A stretch of 63,730 nucleotides of DNA from contig DHDG01000031.1 of assembly GCA_002399265.1 (NCBI GenBank), positions 1 to 63,730 of the forward strand, written 5' to 3'. The notes below the pieces were generated by a model, which had not been told where the DNA came from, made no database searches, and worked only from the letters and a program-made list of their open reading frames with translations. Below are positions 35,680-45,965 of this stretch, in pieces. The position numbers and the translations under genes were made by a program. How positions within the stretch are numbered: the stretch's first letter is position 1; each line of letters starts with the position of its first letter. The stretch is from Firmicutes bacterium UBA4882 (GTDB taxonomy: Bacteria; Bacillota; UBA4882).

Positions 35680-36870
35680 GTGATCAAGCATGGATTGCTG
35701 ATCATCTTTTTGGTTGCTGCCCTGCTAACATTTTCATCTATGACAAATGCCAACGCAATGGCGGCAGAACCAGATTCAACACTGAAAATTGAGGCGCGCT
35801 CGGCGATTCTTTTAGAACCGATTACGGGTGCAGTACTCTATGAGCAGGAAGCCGATGTGCCATTGTCACCGGCCAGTGTCACCAAAGTAATGACTTTGCT
35901 GTTGATCATGGAAGAAATCGAAAAAGGTGCCCTGCGACTTGATGAAACTATTGTCATTTCTCCGGAAGCCGCGGCCATGGGCGGTTCCCAAATTTGGCTG
36001 GAACCCGGGGAAGAAATGAAGGTGGCCGATTTAATCAAAGCCATTGCCATTGTTTCGGCGAATGACGCCAGCTACGCTTTGGCAGAGCGTTTGTCAGGAT
36101 CGCATGATGCTTTTGTAGCTCGCATGAATGAACGGGCTCGGGAATTAGGCATGAAAACTACCAAGTTTGTCAACTGCACCGGCTTATCGGAGGATGATCC
36201 ATCGTCACCGGGTAATATAACTTCTGCGCGTGACGTTGCGTTCATGTCGCGGGAACTAATTCGGCATTCTGAGATTCTGAAATGGACAGGCACATGGATC
36301 GACTATTTGCGTAACGGCGCGTCGTTTTTGAGAAACACTAATAAACTGGTGCGGTTTTATCAAGGCTGCGATGGTTTGAAAACCGGTTTTACTAATGAAG
36401 CCGGCTTTTGCCTGGCGGCCACTGCCAAAAGGAACAATGTGCGACTGATTGTGGTGGTCATGAAGGCGGCGACTAATGATATCCGGGCCAAAGAAGTCAG
36501 TCGGTTGCTGAATTTTGGCTTCGGTCGTCTGGAAGCTATCAAAGTGGTATCTGGAGGAGAAGAGCTGGCCAAACTGCCTGTAGTCAGGGGAACGGAAGAT
36601 ACCATTTCAGCTGCGGCGGCAAGCGACTACTATTTGCCGAACAGAAGAGGAGTACAGCCTGAAATATCAAAAACAATTAATTTGGGATCAAAACTAAAAG
36701 CTCCGATTCAAAAGGGGCAAAAGTTGGGTACTATGACAGTACATTTAAACGGGGAGCCGGTCCAGGAAATTGAACTGCTAGCGACCACGGATGTCGGCAG
36801 GACCAATGGGTTTCAATTTTTCGCACAAGTCAGTAGACAGTCATTAAAAACATTGTTTGCCAAGGACTAA
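35680..36870 (+). CDS. dacF: D-alanyl-D-alanine carboxypeptidase (sporulation PBP, DacF-like)
   Basis: Motifs SPASVTK (SxxK), SAND (SxN) and LKTGFT (KTG). GTG 35680 lies 7 nt after the SD AAAGGAGG. The gene sits upstream of spoIIAA as in Bacillus. Confidence 0.88.
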   Translation: MIKHGLLIIFLVAALLTFSSMTNANAMAAEPDSTLKIEARSAILLEPITGAVLYEQEADVPLSPASVTKVMTLLLIMEEIEKGALRLDETIVISPEAAAMGGSQIWLEPGEEMKVADLIKAIAIVSANDASYALAERLSGSHDAFVARMNERARELGMKTTKFVNCTGLSEDDPSSPGNITSARDVAFMSRELIRHSEILKWTGTWIDYLRNGASFLRNTNKLVRFYQGCDGLKTGFTNEAGFCLAATAKRNNVRLIVVVMKAATNDIRAKEVSRLLNFGFGRLEAIKVVSGGEELAKLPVVRGTEDTISAAAASDYYLPNRRGVQPEISKTINLGSKLKAPIQKGQKLGTMTVHLNGEPVQEIELLATTDVGRTNGFQFFAQVSRQSLKTLFAKD

Positions 36871-36938
36871 AGGTCCTGTCCTGAAAAGCCATGATCCGAA
36901 AGCGGACACAGCATGCATTAATATGCTTGGAACTGACA

Positions 36939-36982
36939 AGCCGGTGTTTGCGGTTTTATGCCGAAAAACACCGGCTGTTTTA
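36939..36982 (+). terminator. Intrinsic terminator after dacF
   Basis: AGCCGGTGTTT-loop-AAACACCGGCT followed by GTTTT. Confidence 0.7.
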
Positions 36983-37028
36983 TTGAAATTAACTGAACTT
37001 AGCAAAATGAAGCGGCTTTTGCAGAAGG

Positions 37029-37055
37029 GCAGGAAAGAAAATGGCAGCGCCGAAA
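37029..37055 (+). promoter_or_regulatory. Candidate sigma-H type promoter of spoIIA
   Basis: GCAGGAAAG, 11 nt, GCCGAAA, compared with the consensus RNAGGAWWW-N11-12-RNNGAAT. There is one mismatch in the -10. Confidence 0.35.
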
Positions 37056-37110
37056 GTAATTATCTTGTAGTATGCAAATTACCTTATAATATGCACTGGG
37101 AGGGCGCTGC

Positions 37111-37467
37111 ATGATCATCAACGCGGAAAAAATTGGCACAGCAATTGTCGCGCGCATTCAGGGAGAGCTGGACATGGCGAATGCTGATCAGCTGCGTGCG
37201 TCGATTGACGAGAAACTCGATCAATATGAAACCATCCGGGACGTCTATCTGATCTGTGACGCGGTTCCATTTATCGATAGTTCCGGTTTGGCCGTCCTGC
37301 TCGGCAGATACCGCAAACTGGAAGAGCGTGGCGGTAAACTCTTTATCGCCAATCCAAGTCCCCAGGCCCGCCGCGTGATGGAACTATCCGGATTATCCAA
37401 ACTGGTCGGCATCTGCGATAATTGGAATCCTGCTGATTTACAGCAAAGGGGTGTGACAAATGGCTGA
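37111..37467 (+). CDS. spoIIAA: Anti-sigma F factor antagonist
   Basis: STAS domain. FIDSSGLAVLLG contains the phosphorylatable Ser. Confidence 0.95.
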   Translation: MIINAEKIGTAIVARIQGELDMANADQLRASIDEKLDQYETIRDVYLICDAVPFIDSSGLAVLLGRYRKLEERGGKLFIANPSPQARRVMELSGLSKLVGICDNWNPADLQQRGVTNG

Positions 37468-37903
37468 GAGCAATTATATCAAAGTCGAATTTCCGAGTCT
37501 TCCGGAAAACGTCGGTTTCTCCCGGGCCCTCGTTTCGGCGTTCGCATCGCAGTTGGATTTTACTCTTCCGGAGCTGGACGAAATACGCACCGCCACTTCG
37601 GAAGCTGTTTCCAATGCAATTATTCATGGTTACGAAAACGCTCAAGGCGTTGTTACCTTGGAAGCTGACATTAAAGGCGGCGTCCTGACCGTTAAGATTA
37701 TTGATCAAGGCAAAGGAATCGAGGACATTGCGGCCGCCAAAGCAGTGCAATATACTACCAGACCCGGCAGATATGGCTTGGGGTTTACATTTATGGAGGC
37801 CTTCATGGATTCACTGCATGTGGAATCCTCATTAGGAGAGGGCACTTCCGTGACCATGACCAAACATCCTGAAACAGTGCGCCCGGAAACGGGGACTGCC
37901 TGA
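37460..37903 (+). CDS. spoIIAB: Anti-sigma F factor (serine kinase)
   Basis: N-box EAVSNAIIHG, G1 DQGKGI and G2 GLGF. Confidence 0.95.
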   Translation: MAESNYIKVEFPSLPENVGFSRALVSAFASQLDFTLPELDEIRTATSEAVSNAIIHGYENAQGVVTLEADIKGGVLTVKIIDQGKGIEDIAAAKAVQYTTRPGRYGLGFTFMEAFMDSLHVESSLGEGTSVTMTKHPETVRPETGTA

Positions 37904-38673
37904 TGAATTCCAATTATGTCGAACGAGCCGCCATCAATTTGCCAGCCGTGCCGCTCTTGGATGATGCCAGCGTTCATGATCTGATCGAGAAAGCTCAAAA
38001 TGGCGACGCAGCGTCCCGCCAGACGCTGATTGAAAGCAACCTCAAGCTTGTGATGAGCATCATTGGGCGTTTTGGTGGACGCGCCGAGCCGGATGATCTG
38101 TTTCAGATTGGGTGCGTCGGTTTGCTAAAAGCGGTGGATCGATTTGATTTGAATTTGGGGGTCAGGTTTTCGACATATGCCGTTCCGCTGATTATCGGTG
38201 AAATTAGACAGTTCTTGCGCGAGGACGGCGCTATTAAGTTGGGCCGCTCTCTGAAAGAATGCGCCGGCAAAGTCCAGCATAGCGCGGCTAATCTGGCACA
38301 ACAGCTGGGTAGGGATCCCACTGTGCCGGAAATCGCATCTGCCATGGGTGTAACAGTCGATGAAGTCGCTACGGCCCTGGAAGCCTCCCAGCCAGTGCAG
38401 TCGCTCAGTCTGGCATTGCATGAAAACGAAGGCGATCCGATGCTGCTGGAGGAACGAATACCGTCTCAGGAAGAAGGCAACTGGCTGGAGCATTACGCTT
38501 TGCAGGAGGCGTTGGCAGAACTCCCCGAGAAATTTCGAAAGGTGTTGCATCTTAGATACTTCGAGGAAAAAACGCAGACTGAGATTGCCGCAGACATTGG
38601 GACATCGCAAGTACAAGTCTGCCGTATTGAAAAGCGTGCCCTGCAACTATTGAACGAATTTTTGCGGGAATAA
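37903..38673 (+). CDS. sigF: RNA polymerase sporulation sigma factor F
   Basis: Motifs NLKLVMSII, FSTYAVPLIIGEIRQFLRED and a region 4 HTH. The ATGA start overlaps spoIIAB. Confidence 0.95.
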   Translation: MNSNYVERAAINLPAVPLLDDASVHDLIEKAQNGDAASRQTLIESNLKLVMSIIGRFGGRAEPDDLFQIGCVGLLKAVDRFDLNLGVRFSTYAVPLIIGEIRQFLREDGAIKLGRSLKECAGKVQHSAANLAQQLGRDPTVPEIASAMGVTVDEVATALEASQPVQSLSLALHENEGDPMLLEERIPSQEEGNWLEHYALQEALAELPEKFRKVLHLRYFEEKTQTEIAADIGTSQVQVCRIEKRALQLLNEFLRE

Positions 38674-38752
38674 GAGTCGCGGTCGCTTGCATGATACAAT
38701 CGGTCCAGACGCATAATAGAAACAAGAACACAGCAAAAGGACGGTTGAGCAG

Positions 38753-38911
38753 GTGACAGTGCTACTATGGGATTTCTTAAAGAAGCGGTGGATTATCCTG
38801 ACAGCTATCGCTGTTTTACTGGCGCTGGCAGTCTGGCTTTTGGCCAGGCCGGATGCCATTCCTTCGGATCGCGCCCGCCTGGTCACTAACGTTTCTTTGT
38901 GCGTGGAATAA
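38753..38911 (+). CDS. Possible small membrane protein (52 aa), below the ORF-track cutoff
   Basis: GTG start. One TM segment (WIILTAIAVLLALAVWLLA). Weak SD AAAGGACGG. Confidence 0.3.
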   Translation: MTVLLWDFLKKRWIILTAIAVLLALAVWLLARPDAIPSDRARLVTNVSLCVE

Positions 38912-38936
38912 TGTCGTTGAGGAGGTCTATTCGAGA

Positions 38937-39152
38937 GTGACCGTTGTAAAGATTATTGAGTTGTTGGGAGAATCCAATACAAGTTGGGAAGATGCTGTCA
39001 AGAATGCGGTTAAGTCAGCTTCCAGCACGGTAGATAACATCACCGGGGTAGAAGTGTTGAACATGACCGCTGGTGTACATGATGGCGACCTGACCGAATA
39101 TAAAGCTAATGTACAAGTGGCATTTGCCGTGAAGGGAACAACAGAACGGTGA
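38937..39152 (+). CDS. Dodecin family flavin-binding protein
   Basis: VVKIIELLGESNTSWEDAVKNAV...VEVLNMTAGVHDGDLTEYKANVQVAF. GTG 38937 lies behind the SD GAGGAGG. Confidence 0.8.
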   Translation: MTVVKIIELLGESNTSWEDAVKNAVKSASSTVDNITGVEVLNMTAGVHDGDLTEYKANVQVAFAVKGTTER

Positions 39153-39223
39153 ACGACTACGCAACTTAGGAACCTCAGGAACCAGGCTGCAGCCATTCGC
39201 TGACAACACAAGCCGCGGTAGCC

Positions 39224-39252
39224 TTGTCAGGAAAAGAAATGTATGTTATACT
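39224..39252 (+). promoter_or_regulatory. Candidate sigma-A promoter of the rimP-nusA-infB operon
   Basis: TTGTCA, 17 nt, TATACT. Confidence 0.55.
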
Positions 39253-39270
39253 ATGAGCGGGTTGTTTAGT

Positions 39271-39300
39271 AAAGAGTGGGCGTGCCCACTCTTTCGTCTT
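39271..39300 (+). terminator. Leader hairpin with an interrupted U-tract (possible attenuator) upstream of rimP
   Basis: AAAGAGTGGGC-gt-GCCCACTCTTT followed by CGTCTT. It lies downstream of the candidate promoter. Confidence 0.5.
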
Positions 39301-39339
39301 GTGGGATATTTGTACCCGTAGACCTTGAGGAGGAAAACA

Positions 39340-39801
39340 ATGCCCAAACTTTTCGACGCTCTGGAGCCAATCGCCAGTAAGATTGCTGAGCAGCAAGGCT
39401 TGGAACTGGTCGACATTGAAATGGTCAGATCCGGTTCGGATCGCATTCTCCGAGTATCGATCGACAAACCTGGCGGCGTCGGTCTGACAGACTGTGAGAA
39501 ATTCAGTGAACCTTTTGGTAATGAGTTGGATGTAATTGATCCGATCAAGGAACGTTATTATCTAGAGGTTTCCTCCCCTGGTCCGGAACGTCCATTGCGG
39601 AAAGATAGCGACTTCACTCGCTTTGCCGGCTCAGAGGTAGAAATAAGGCTTAAAGAAGCCTTGGAGGGAAAACGAGTCATCAAAGGTCGGCTCGCTGGAC
39701 TGGAAAATCAGGATCTTGTTATTGTCATAGATGGAGTCCAGCAGGTTATCCCGCGCATATTAGTTACGCAAGCCAAACTTAAACCCGATTTTGATTTTTG
39801 A
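39340..39801 (+). CDS. rimP: Ribosome maturation factor RimP
   Basis: Motifs LELVDIEMV and YLEVSSPGPERPL. SD GGAGGAAAA. Confidence 0.93.
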   Translation: MPKLFDALEPIASKIAEQQGLELVDIEMVRSGSDRILRVSIDKPGGVGLTDCEKFSEPFGNELDVIDPIKERYYLEVSSPGPERPLRKDSDFTRFAGSEVEIRLKEALEGKRVIKGRLAGLENQDLVIVIDGVQQVIPRILVTQAKLKPDFDF

Positions 39802-39833
39802 GAGGCGCCATTGTTGGCAGAGGAGGTACCGAC

Positions 39834-41234
39834 ATGAATGAAGAGTTTATGGCTGCTCTTCAACAAGTTGAGAAAGAAAAGGGAATTCCACGGCATATAC
39901 TAATTGAAGCCATTGAATCAGCTCTTGTTTCAGCATATAAGAAAGACCAGAAAGATGTCAGCAATATTCGGGTTCAGATGGAGCCTGACACTGGCGCGAT
40001 GCATGTTTATGGCTACAAGAATATTGTTGGGGAAGTCGAGGATCCCCAAACACAATGTTCTTTAGAAGAAGCGCAAAAATTGGACCCGCACTACAGTGTT
40101 GGCGATGTTGCTGAACAGGAAATTCAGCCCCGCGAGTTTGGTCGGATCGCCGCTCAAACCGCTAAGCAAGTGGTTGTGCAGCGTATTAGAGAAGCAGAAA
40201 GAATTCTGATTTACGAAGAATATGTCAACCGTGAGGGTGACATTGTTACTGGTATTGTGCAGCGCTTTGAACAGCGCAATGTTCTGCTGGATTTAGGCAA
40301 AGCGGACGCTATTCTGACACAGAATGAGCAGGTCACCGGCGAGCATTATGAACAGGGGTTACGGCTGAAAGTCTATATTGTGGAAGTCAGAAAGACGACC
40401 AAAGGTCCACAGATCTTTGTTTCCCGAACCCATCCCGGGCTTTTGAAACGCCTGTTTGAGCTGGAAGTTCCGGAAATTCATGATGGTATCGTTGAAATTA
40501 AGTCGATCGCGCGTGAAGCAGGCGCACGGTCTAAGGTTACCGTGTGGAGCCGGGAAGAAAACGTGGACCCAGTCGGTTCATGCGTGGGCGCGCGAGGATC
40601 GCGCGTTCAGAATATTGTCAGAGAGCTCCGCGGCGAAAAAATCGATATTATTTCTTGGGATCCGGATCCCAGAGTTTTGATTGCCAATGCTTTGAGCCCT
40701 GCTAAAGTTACAGAAGTACGTCTGGCTGAAGACCGCAAGTCCTCGATGGTGATTGTGCCAGACAATCTGCTTTCGCTGGCGATTGGCAGAGAAGGGCAAA
40801 ATGCACGTTTAGCTGCCAAGCTGACTGGATGGAAGATTGATATTAAGAGTGAAAGCCAGGCAGCCGAGATTGATCGGATTGCGTTCGAAGAAGAACAAGC
40901 CCGATTGTTGGAAATTGCGGAAAATGAGGCTCAGGAATCGGTAGATGCTGCCGATGTTGACGCAGACGGCGAGTTCCAGCCTGAAGGAGATCTGCCTGCG
41001 GAATGGGCTGATGCGGATGCAGAGGAATTTCAGCCGCTACCCGGGGACGAGGCGGGCGACTATCATGATCCGGCAGACGCTGCTCAGGCTGCGCAGCCCA
41101 AGTCGGAAAAGAGTGCCATTCATTTGGAAACAGATGAAGATGAAACCCGTATGCGCAAAAAAGTACGCAAAAAGGACAAAAAGCGCCGGGAGAAATTCGA
41201 GTACTTCGAGGACGATGAATACGGCAACCAGTAG
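39834..41234 (+). CDS. nusA: Transcription termination/antitermination factor NusA with a long acidic, then basic, C-terminal tail
   Basis: Motifs [20 protein letters not shown]1 and two KH domains ([22 protein letters not shown]). Confidence 0.95.
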   Translation: MNEEFMAALQQVEKEKGIPRHILIEAIESALVSAYKKDQKDVSNIRVQMEPDTGAMHVYGYKNIVGEVEDPQTQCSLEEAQKLDPHYSVGDVAEQEIQPREFGRIAAQTAKQVVVQRIREAERILIYEEYVNREGDIVTGIVQRFEQRNVLLDLGKADAILTQNEQVTGEHYEQGLRLKVYIVEVRKTTKGPQIFVSRTHPGLLKRLFELEVPEIHDGIVEIKSIAREAGARSKVTVWSREENVDPVGSCVGARGSRVQNIVRELRGEKIDIISWDPDPRVLIANALSPAKVTEVRLAEDRKSSMVIVPDNLLSLAIGREGQNARLAAKLTGWKIDIKSESQAAEIDRIAFEEEQARLLEIAENEAQESVDAADVDADGEFQPEGDLPAEWADADAEEFQPLPGDEAGDYHDPADAAQAAQPKSEKSAIHLETDEDETRMRKKVRKKDKKRREKFEYFEDDEYGNQ

Positions 41235-41267
41235 ATTGCTTCAGACCACCATTCCGGAGGTGTCGAA

Positions 41268-41552
41268 ATGCCCAAAATGCGCAAAGTTCCTCAACGAAGC
41301 TGTCTGGGCTGCAAACAAGTATTGCCCAAAAAGCAGCTTTACCGCATTGTTCGCACTCCAGATGGCGAAGCTGTTTTTGATCCGACCGGAAAAAAAGCCG
41401 GGCGTGGCGCTTATATCTGCCCTCAGGTGGAATGCTTGGAACAGGCGGTTAAAAGTGGCCGTTTTGAGCGGGCCTTGGAACTGCGAGTCCCGGAAGCGGT
41501 ACTCGATAGCCTGCGCCAGGCGATCCAGAAGCTGCCTGTCGAACATGAATAA
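41268..41552 (+). CDS. ylxR: YlxR/RnpM family (DUF448) RNA-binding protein
   Basis: Motifs RSCLGCKQVLPKKQLYRIV and GRGAYIC. Confidence 0.92.
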   Translation: MPKMRKVPQRSCLGCKQVLPKKQLYRIVRTPDGEAVFDPTGKKAGRGAYICPQVECLEQAVKSGRFERALELRVPEAVLDSLRQAIQKLPVEHE

Positions 41553-41856
41553 ACTGATTACGATCCTGGGTTTTGCGCAAAAGGCTGGTAAAATTGCTTC
41601 GGGCGAAACAGCGACTGAGCAGGTAATTAACCGGAAAAAGGCCTGTCTGGTGCTGGTGGCTTTGGATGCTTCCGCTGGGACATCTGCCAAATTCATGGAA
41701 CTATGCCTGAAAAACAATATTCCGGTCTTTAATGCCGGTCTAAAATTAGAATTAGGCAATGCCATTGGCCGCTCGCCACGTTCCTGTATTGCTTTTTTAG
41801 ATAATGGTTTTGCGCGAGCGGCGATAGAGGCTCTGAAGGCAACGACGGAGGTCTGA
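41545..41856 (+). CDS. ylxQ: L7Ae-family ribosome-associated protein YlxQ
   Basis: [21 protein letters not shown]... The ATG overlaps the ylxR stop. It is hidden in the tail of the 303-aa track ORF 40945..41856. Confidence 0.85.
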   Translation: MNKLITILGFAQKAGKIASGETATEQVINRKKACLVLVALDASAGTSAKFMELCLKNNIPVFNAGLKLELGNAIGRSPRSCIAFLDNGFARAAIEALKATTEV

Positions 41857-41882
41857 GGAGCGAAGAACATGGGGGTGTTTCA

Positions 41883-44633
41883 ATGACCAAAAAACGCGTT
41901 TTCGAACTCTCAAAGGAACTAGATATCCCGAGCAAAGAGATCGTGCAGTTTCTGCAAGAGTTCGGCGCTGATGTCAAAAACCATATGAGTACGGTAGAAG
42001 ACCACGTTGCTGCGATCGTCAAGCGGAAATTCCGTCCTGACCAAGAACCGCCTGTCAAGGCGCCGGAACCCGAAAAGAAACCCGCTGCATCGAAGGCGTC
42101 GATTGCACCTGCCCAAACAGCAGCAGATGCTGGAAAAAAACAGCCTATCCCTGCCAGCCAAGATAGAAATAGCAATGTTCCCGAGCGTAGGCCTGCTACG
42201 TCTGGACAGCCGGGAATGCGCTCAGACGCCCGTCCCCCGGTTCGGTCGGACGCACGTACGCCGGTTCGCCCGGATGCCCGCACAGAAGCGCGTCGAGAGA
42301 CGCGTCCAACAACTGATAACCGTGGCGGCGGCGGCGTTTCAGGAAGACCTGCGGCGCAGACACCGACCGGCAGCCCAGCTCCAAGGCAGGGTTCTGCGGC
42401 ACCAAGGCCACAACAGCAGCAGCAATGGAACGGGCCACGCCAGAATAAGGAAGTACAGCGTCCCGGAACGCCACCGCCATCTGGAACTATACCGCCTCAG
42501 GCGGGAGGAGCACCGGCTGCCCGGCAGTCAGCGCCACCAGGACAAGGCGGACGTGCTCCCCAAAATCGGCCCGGACAGCCGGGACAGCAACGTCGGGAGC
42601 CGAGTAGCGCTCCTGCTCAGAATCAGCAGTCACAGCACCATCACCGCCCGGATAGCCGGCCCGTTAACAGGCCGGACAGCAGACCGGACAACAGAACCAG
42701 TGGCAAGCCTGGGGAAGTCAGGAGAAGTCAGGCACCGCCATCCAATCGGCCGGGAGGAAGGCCTGCGCCAGCGGCGGCAGGTGGTCAGCGGCCTAATAAT
42801 GCTGCTCAAAGAGGCGGCGGATTCCGCCGGCAACGTCCTACGGGGCAGCGCGGCGGCGGAGGAGTCCGGAAGCCTGTTCAGTCTAATGTAGAGAAGTTGA
42901 TGATTGGCCCGGTCATTTCTGTCAAAGATTTGGCGGCCGCAATGGAATTGGCAGCTTCCGAAGTGATCAAAAAGCTGATGGCTATGGGAGTAATGTCCTC
43001 TATTAACCAGGACATCGATTTTGAAACCGCTCAGATTATTGGCAATGAATTCGGGGTTGAAGTTGTGCCGGAAGGCCCGACTTTAGAAGAACAGACCTTG
43101 GAAGAAATTGAAGACTCTGAAGAAGATGTAATGCCCCGTTCCCCGGTTGTCACTGTAATGGGACATGTTGATCATGGAAAAACGTCTCTGCTCGACCGCA
43201 TCCGGGAAACGCATGTCACCTCCCAGGAAGCCGGAGGTATCACGCAGCATATTGGAGCGTATCAGGTGGAAGTCCGCTCCAAACGGATTACATTTCTTGA
43301 CACACCGGGTCACGAGGCTTTTACCGCCATGCGCGCCCGCGGTGCCCAAATAACGGACATTGTTATTCTGGTAGTCGCCGCCGATGATGGTGTGATGCCA
43401 CAGACAGTCGAGGCCATCAACCATGTTAAAGCCGCTCAGATACCGATGATCGTGGCCATTAATAAAATTGACAAACCGGATGCCAACCCGGACAGAGTCA
43501 AGCAGGAACTGACTGAATACGGCTTGGTTGCAGAAGAGTGGGGCGGAGATAGCATTATGGTTCCCGTTTCCGCTGCCACCGGTGAAGGTATCGACAACCT
43601 ATTGGAAATGGTATTGCTGGTTTCCGAAATGCAGGATTTAAAGGCTAATCCCAATCGCAGCGCCATCGGTACCGTGATCGAAGCCAAGCTTGATAAAGGT
43701 AGAGGCCCGGTAGCAACTGTACTGATTCAAAAAGGGACACTCTTTGTCGGAGATGTCATCCTCGTTGGTTCAGTTTTTGGCCGGGTGCGCTTGCTTAATA
43801 ATGACAAGGGCAAACGCGTCAAAAAAGCCGGTCCGTCAGCGCCAGTAGAAGTAGTTGGCCTGGCAGAACTGCCGGAGGCTGGAGACACCTTATACGCAGT
43901 TGACGATGAAAAAGTAGCCCGTCAATTGGCGGAAAGCCGCAGCCAAAAGAAACGCGAAACCGAACTGCATCAATCCAGCCGTGTATCATTGGAAGACCTC
44001 TTCTCCAAGATTCAGGGCGGTGAATTGAAAGACCTGAATATTGTTATCAAAGCGGATGTCCGCGGTTCAATAGAGGCATTAGAACCTTCATTAAACCGTC
44101 TGGAAAACGAGGAAGTCCGGGTCAATGTGATTCATAGCGGTGTTGGTGCGGTCACTGAAACTGACGTGATGCTGGCTGCCGCTTCAAACGCGATTATTAT
44201 CGCCTTCAACGTCCGGCCGGATCCTATGGCCAAGAGAACCGCCGAAAAAGAAACAGTCGATATCCGGATGTATCGCGTTATTTATGATGCCATCAATGAT
44301 GTCAGAGCGGCTCTAGAAGGTATGCTGACGCCTGAATTTAAAGAAACAGTGATTGGCAAAGCTGAGGTACGGCAGACCTTCAGGGTTCCCAAAATTGGCC
44401 TCATTGCCGGTAGTTATGTTACCGAGGGCCGTATTCTCAGAACAGCGGATGTCCGTGTACTACGCGATAATGTCGTCATGCATGAAGGCAAGATTGATTC
44501 TCTGAGACGATTCAAAGATGATGCCCGCGAAGTAGCTCAAGGTTACGAATGTGGCATTGGCCTCGAAAAATTCCAGGATATTAAAGAGGGCGATGTCATC
44601 GAGGCGTTCATTATGGAAGAAGTAAAGAGGTAA
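41883..44633 (+). CDS. infB: Translation initiation factor IF-2
   Basis: G domain [26 protein letters not shown]. The N-terminal region is long and P/Q/R-rich. Confidence 0.97.
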   Translation: MTKKRVFELSKELDIPSKEIVQFLQEFGADVKNHMSTVEDHVAAIVKRKFRPDQEPPVKAPEPEKKPAASKASIAPAQTAADAGKKQPIPASQDRNSNVPERRPATSGQPGMRSDARPPVRSDARTPVRPDARTEARRETRPTTDNRGGGGVSGRPAAQTPTGSPAPRQGSAAPRPQQQQQWNGPRQNKEVQRPGTPPPSGTIPPQAGGAPAARQSAPPGQGGRAPQNRPGQPGQQRREPSSAPAQNQQSQHHHRPDSRPVNRPDSRPDNRTSGKPGEVRRSQAPPSNRPGGRPAPAAAGGQRPNNAAQRGGGFRRQRPTGQRGGGGVRKPVQSNVEKLMIGPVISVKDLAAAMELAASEVIKKLMAMGVMSSINQDIDFETAQIIGNEFGVEVVPEGPTLEEQTLEEIEDSEEDVMPRSPVVTVMGHVDHGKTSLLDRIRETHVTSQEAGGITQHIGAYQVEVRSKRITFLDTPGHEAFTAMRARGAQITDIVILVVAADDGVMPQTVEAINHVKAAQIPMIVAINKIDKPDANPDRVKQELTEYGLVAEEWGGDSIMVPVSAATGEGIDNLLEMVLLVSEMQDLKANPNRSAIGTVIEAKLDKGRGPVATVLIQKGTLFVGDVILVGSVFGRVRLLNNDKGKRVKKAGPSAPVEVVGLAELPEAGDTLYAVDDEKVARQLAESRSQKKRETELHQSSRVSLEDLFSKIQGGELKDLNIVIKADVRGSIEALEPSLNRLENEEVRVNVIHSGVGAVTETDVMLAAASNAIIIAFNVRPDPMAKRTAEKETVDIRMYRVIYDAINDVRAALEGMLTPEFKETVIGKAEVRQTFRVPKIGLIAGSYVTEGRILRTADVRVLRDNVVMHEGKIDSLRRFKDDAREVAQGYECGIGLEKFQDIKEGDVIEAFIMEEVKR

Positions 44634-44637
44634 GAAG

Positions 44638-44994
44638 ATGCCAAAGCTTCGTCTGGAACGTATCAAAGAGCTGTATAAAGTAGAAGTCAGCAATATGTTA
44701 CAGAAGGAAATCAAAGATCCCAGGATTGGCTTTGTTACTGTTACCGATGTGGAGGTATCTCCCGATTTTAGGCATGCTAAGATTTATGTGAGTCCGTTCG
44801 GGGATGAAGAGGCTGAACGCCAGACAATTCAAGGTCTGGAAAGTGCCAAAGGCTATATGCGCACTGAGCTTGGACGTAGAATCAGACTGCGCTACACACC
44901 AGAGATCAGTTTTGCAGTTGATAAGTCTATTGAGCGTGGTGTGCGCCTGACAAAATTAATTGATCAAATCTCCGAAGAGGGGGACCATCATTGA
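44638..44994 (+). CDS. rbfA: Ribosome-binding factor A
   Basis: Motifs DPRIGFVTVTDVEVSPDFRHAKIYVS. Confidence 0.95.
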   Translation: MPKLRLERIKELYKVEVSNMLQKEIKDPRIGFVTVTDVEVSPDFRHAKIYVSPFGDEEAERQTIQGLESAKGYMRTELGRRIRLRYTPEISFAVDKSIERGVRLTKLIDQISEEGDHH

Positions 44995-45953
44995 CTGGCT
45001 CTTTTCAGGAAGCTATCTCACTAATCAGCAATAACGATGAGTTTTTGTTGACTGGGCACGTCAATCCTGATGGCGATTGCCTGGGTTCGGTCTGCGCCCT
45101 TGGTTTGGCTCTTGAAGATATGGGGAAGAAAGTAAAGTGGGTTTCAGACGTTGAATTGCCCGCCATGTACTCTATCATTCCGGGGGCGGATCGTTTTGGC
45201 AGGCCGCCGCTGTATATATCAGAAAAAACAACAGTTATTGCTTTGGATTGTGCTGTTCCAGCCCGGTTAGCTTTGGCGGCGATCGATACAGACATTGATC
45301 TTAATATTGATCATCATTGTAGTAATAGTATGTTTGGGCGCATTAATCTGGTAGAGGCGGAAGCTGCCGCAACCGGAGAGCTGGTTTATCGACTGATTAA
45401 AGCGCTCAACAGACCGATTTCGCCACGCATAGCCCTGGCCTTATATATTGCAATTGCGACCGACACAGGCTTTTTTAAGTATTCTAATACGCGTCCTTAT
45501 TCTTTGAATCTTGCTGGAGAATTGGCCGAAATTGGCGGTCTCGATATGGGACAAGTAGCCGAAATCGTCAATGAACGCAAAAAGTTTGGCACGATTAAAC
45601 TCTTGGGGAAAGCACTGGAGCGCATGCAGCTAAGTGCGGACGGTAAAGTTGCGTGGATGGAAGTGACTCAGACACAGTTAAAAAAGTTTGGGACTGATCT
45701 AGAGGAAACAGAGGGCTTTGTAAACTACTGCCGTCAGGTAGAGGGTGCCGAAATAGGGGTGCTCTTTAAAGAAACCGAACACAACGACGTTAGGGTCAGT
45801 GTTCGCTCCAATTCCAATTGGGACGTCAGTAAGTTGGCCGCGCATTTTGGCGGGGGCGGCCATCCGCGGGCAGCTGGCTGCACATTGGCCGGTTCTTTGC
45901 CTGTTGCCAGGCGCAAATTCTTAACGTATACTGCCAAATGGATGCAATCCTGA
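44991..45953 (+). CDS. nrnA: DHH-family bifunctional oligoribonuclease/pAp phosphatase NrnA
   Basis: Motifs GHVNPDGDCLGS, IDHH and GGGGHPRAAG. Confidence 0.88.
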   Translation: MTGSFQEAISLISNNDEFLLTGHVNPDGDCLGSVCALGLALEDMGKKVKWVSDVELPAMYSIIPGADRFGRPPLYISEKTTVIALDCAVPARLALAAIDTDIDLNIDHHCSNSMFGRINLVEAEAAATGELVYRLIKALNRPISPRIALALYIAIATDTGFFKYSNTRPYSLNLAGELAEIGGLDMGQVAEIVNERKKFGTIKLLGKALERMQLSADGKVAWMEVTQTQLKKFGTDLEETEGFVNYCRQVEGAEIGVLFKETEHNDVRVSVRSNSNWDVSKLAAHFGGGGHPRAAGCTLAGSLPVARRKFLTYTAKWMQS

Positions 45954-45965
45954 AAGGATGCTTAG

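Noticed and set aside
36857-37114. 85-aa ORF between dacF and spoIIAA
   Set aside because: It starts inside the dacF 3' end and reads straight through the dacF intrinsic terminator and the candidate spoIIA promoter.
40945-41856. 303-aa ORF spanning the nusA 3' end, ylxR and ylxQ
   Set aside because: Only the last 103 codons (from ATG 41545) correspond to a real protein, YlxQ. The upstream part is an out-of-frame reading of nusA and ylxR.
42007-42891. 294-aa + strand ORF, together with the minus-strand ORFs 41729..42283 and 41241..41870
   Set aside because: These are alternative-frame or antisense readings of the GC-rich, low-complexity infB N-terminal region and of ylxR/ylxQ. The annotated frames carry clear family motifs.
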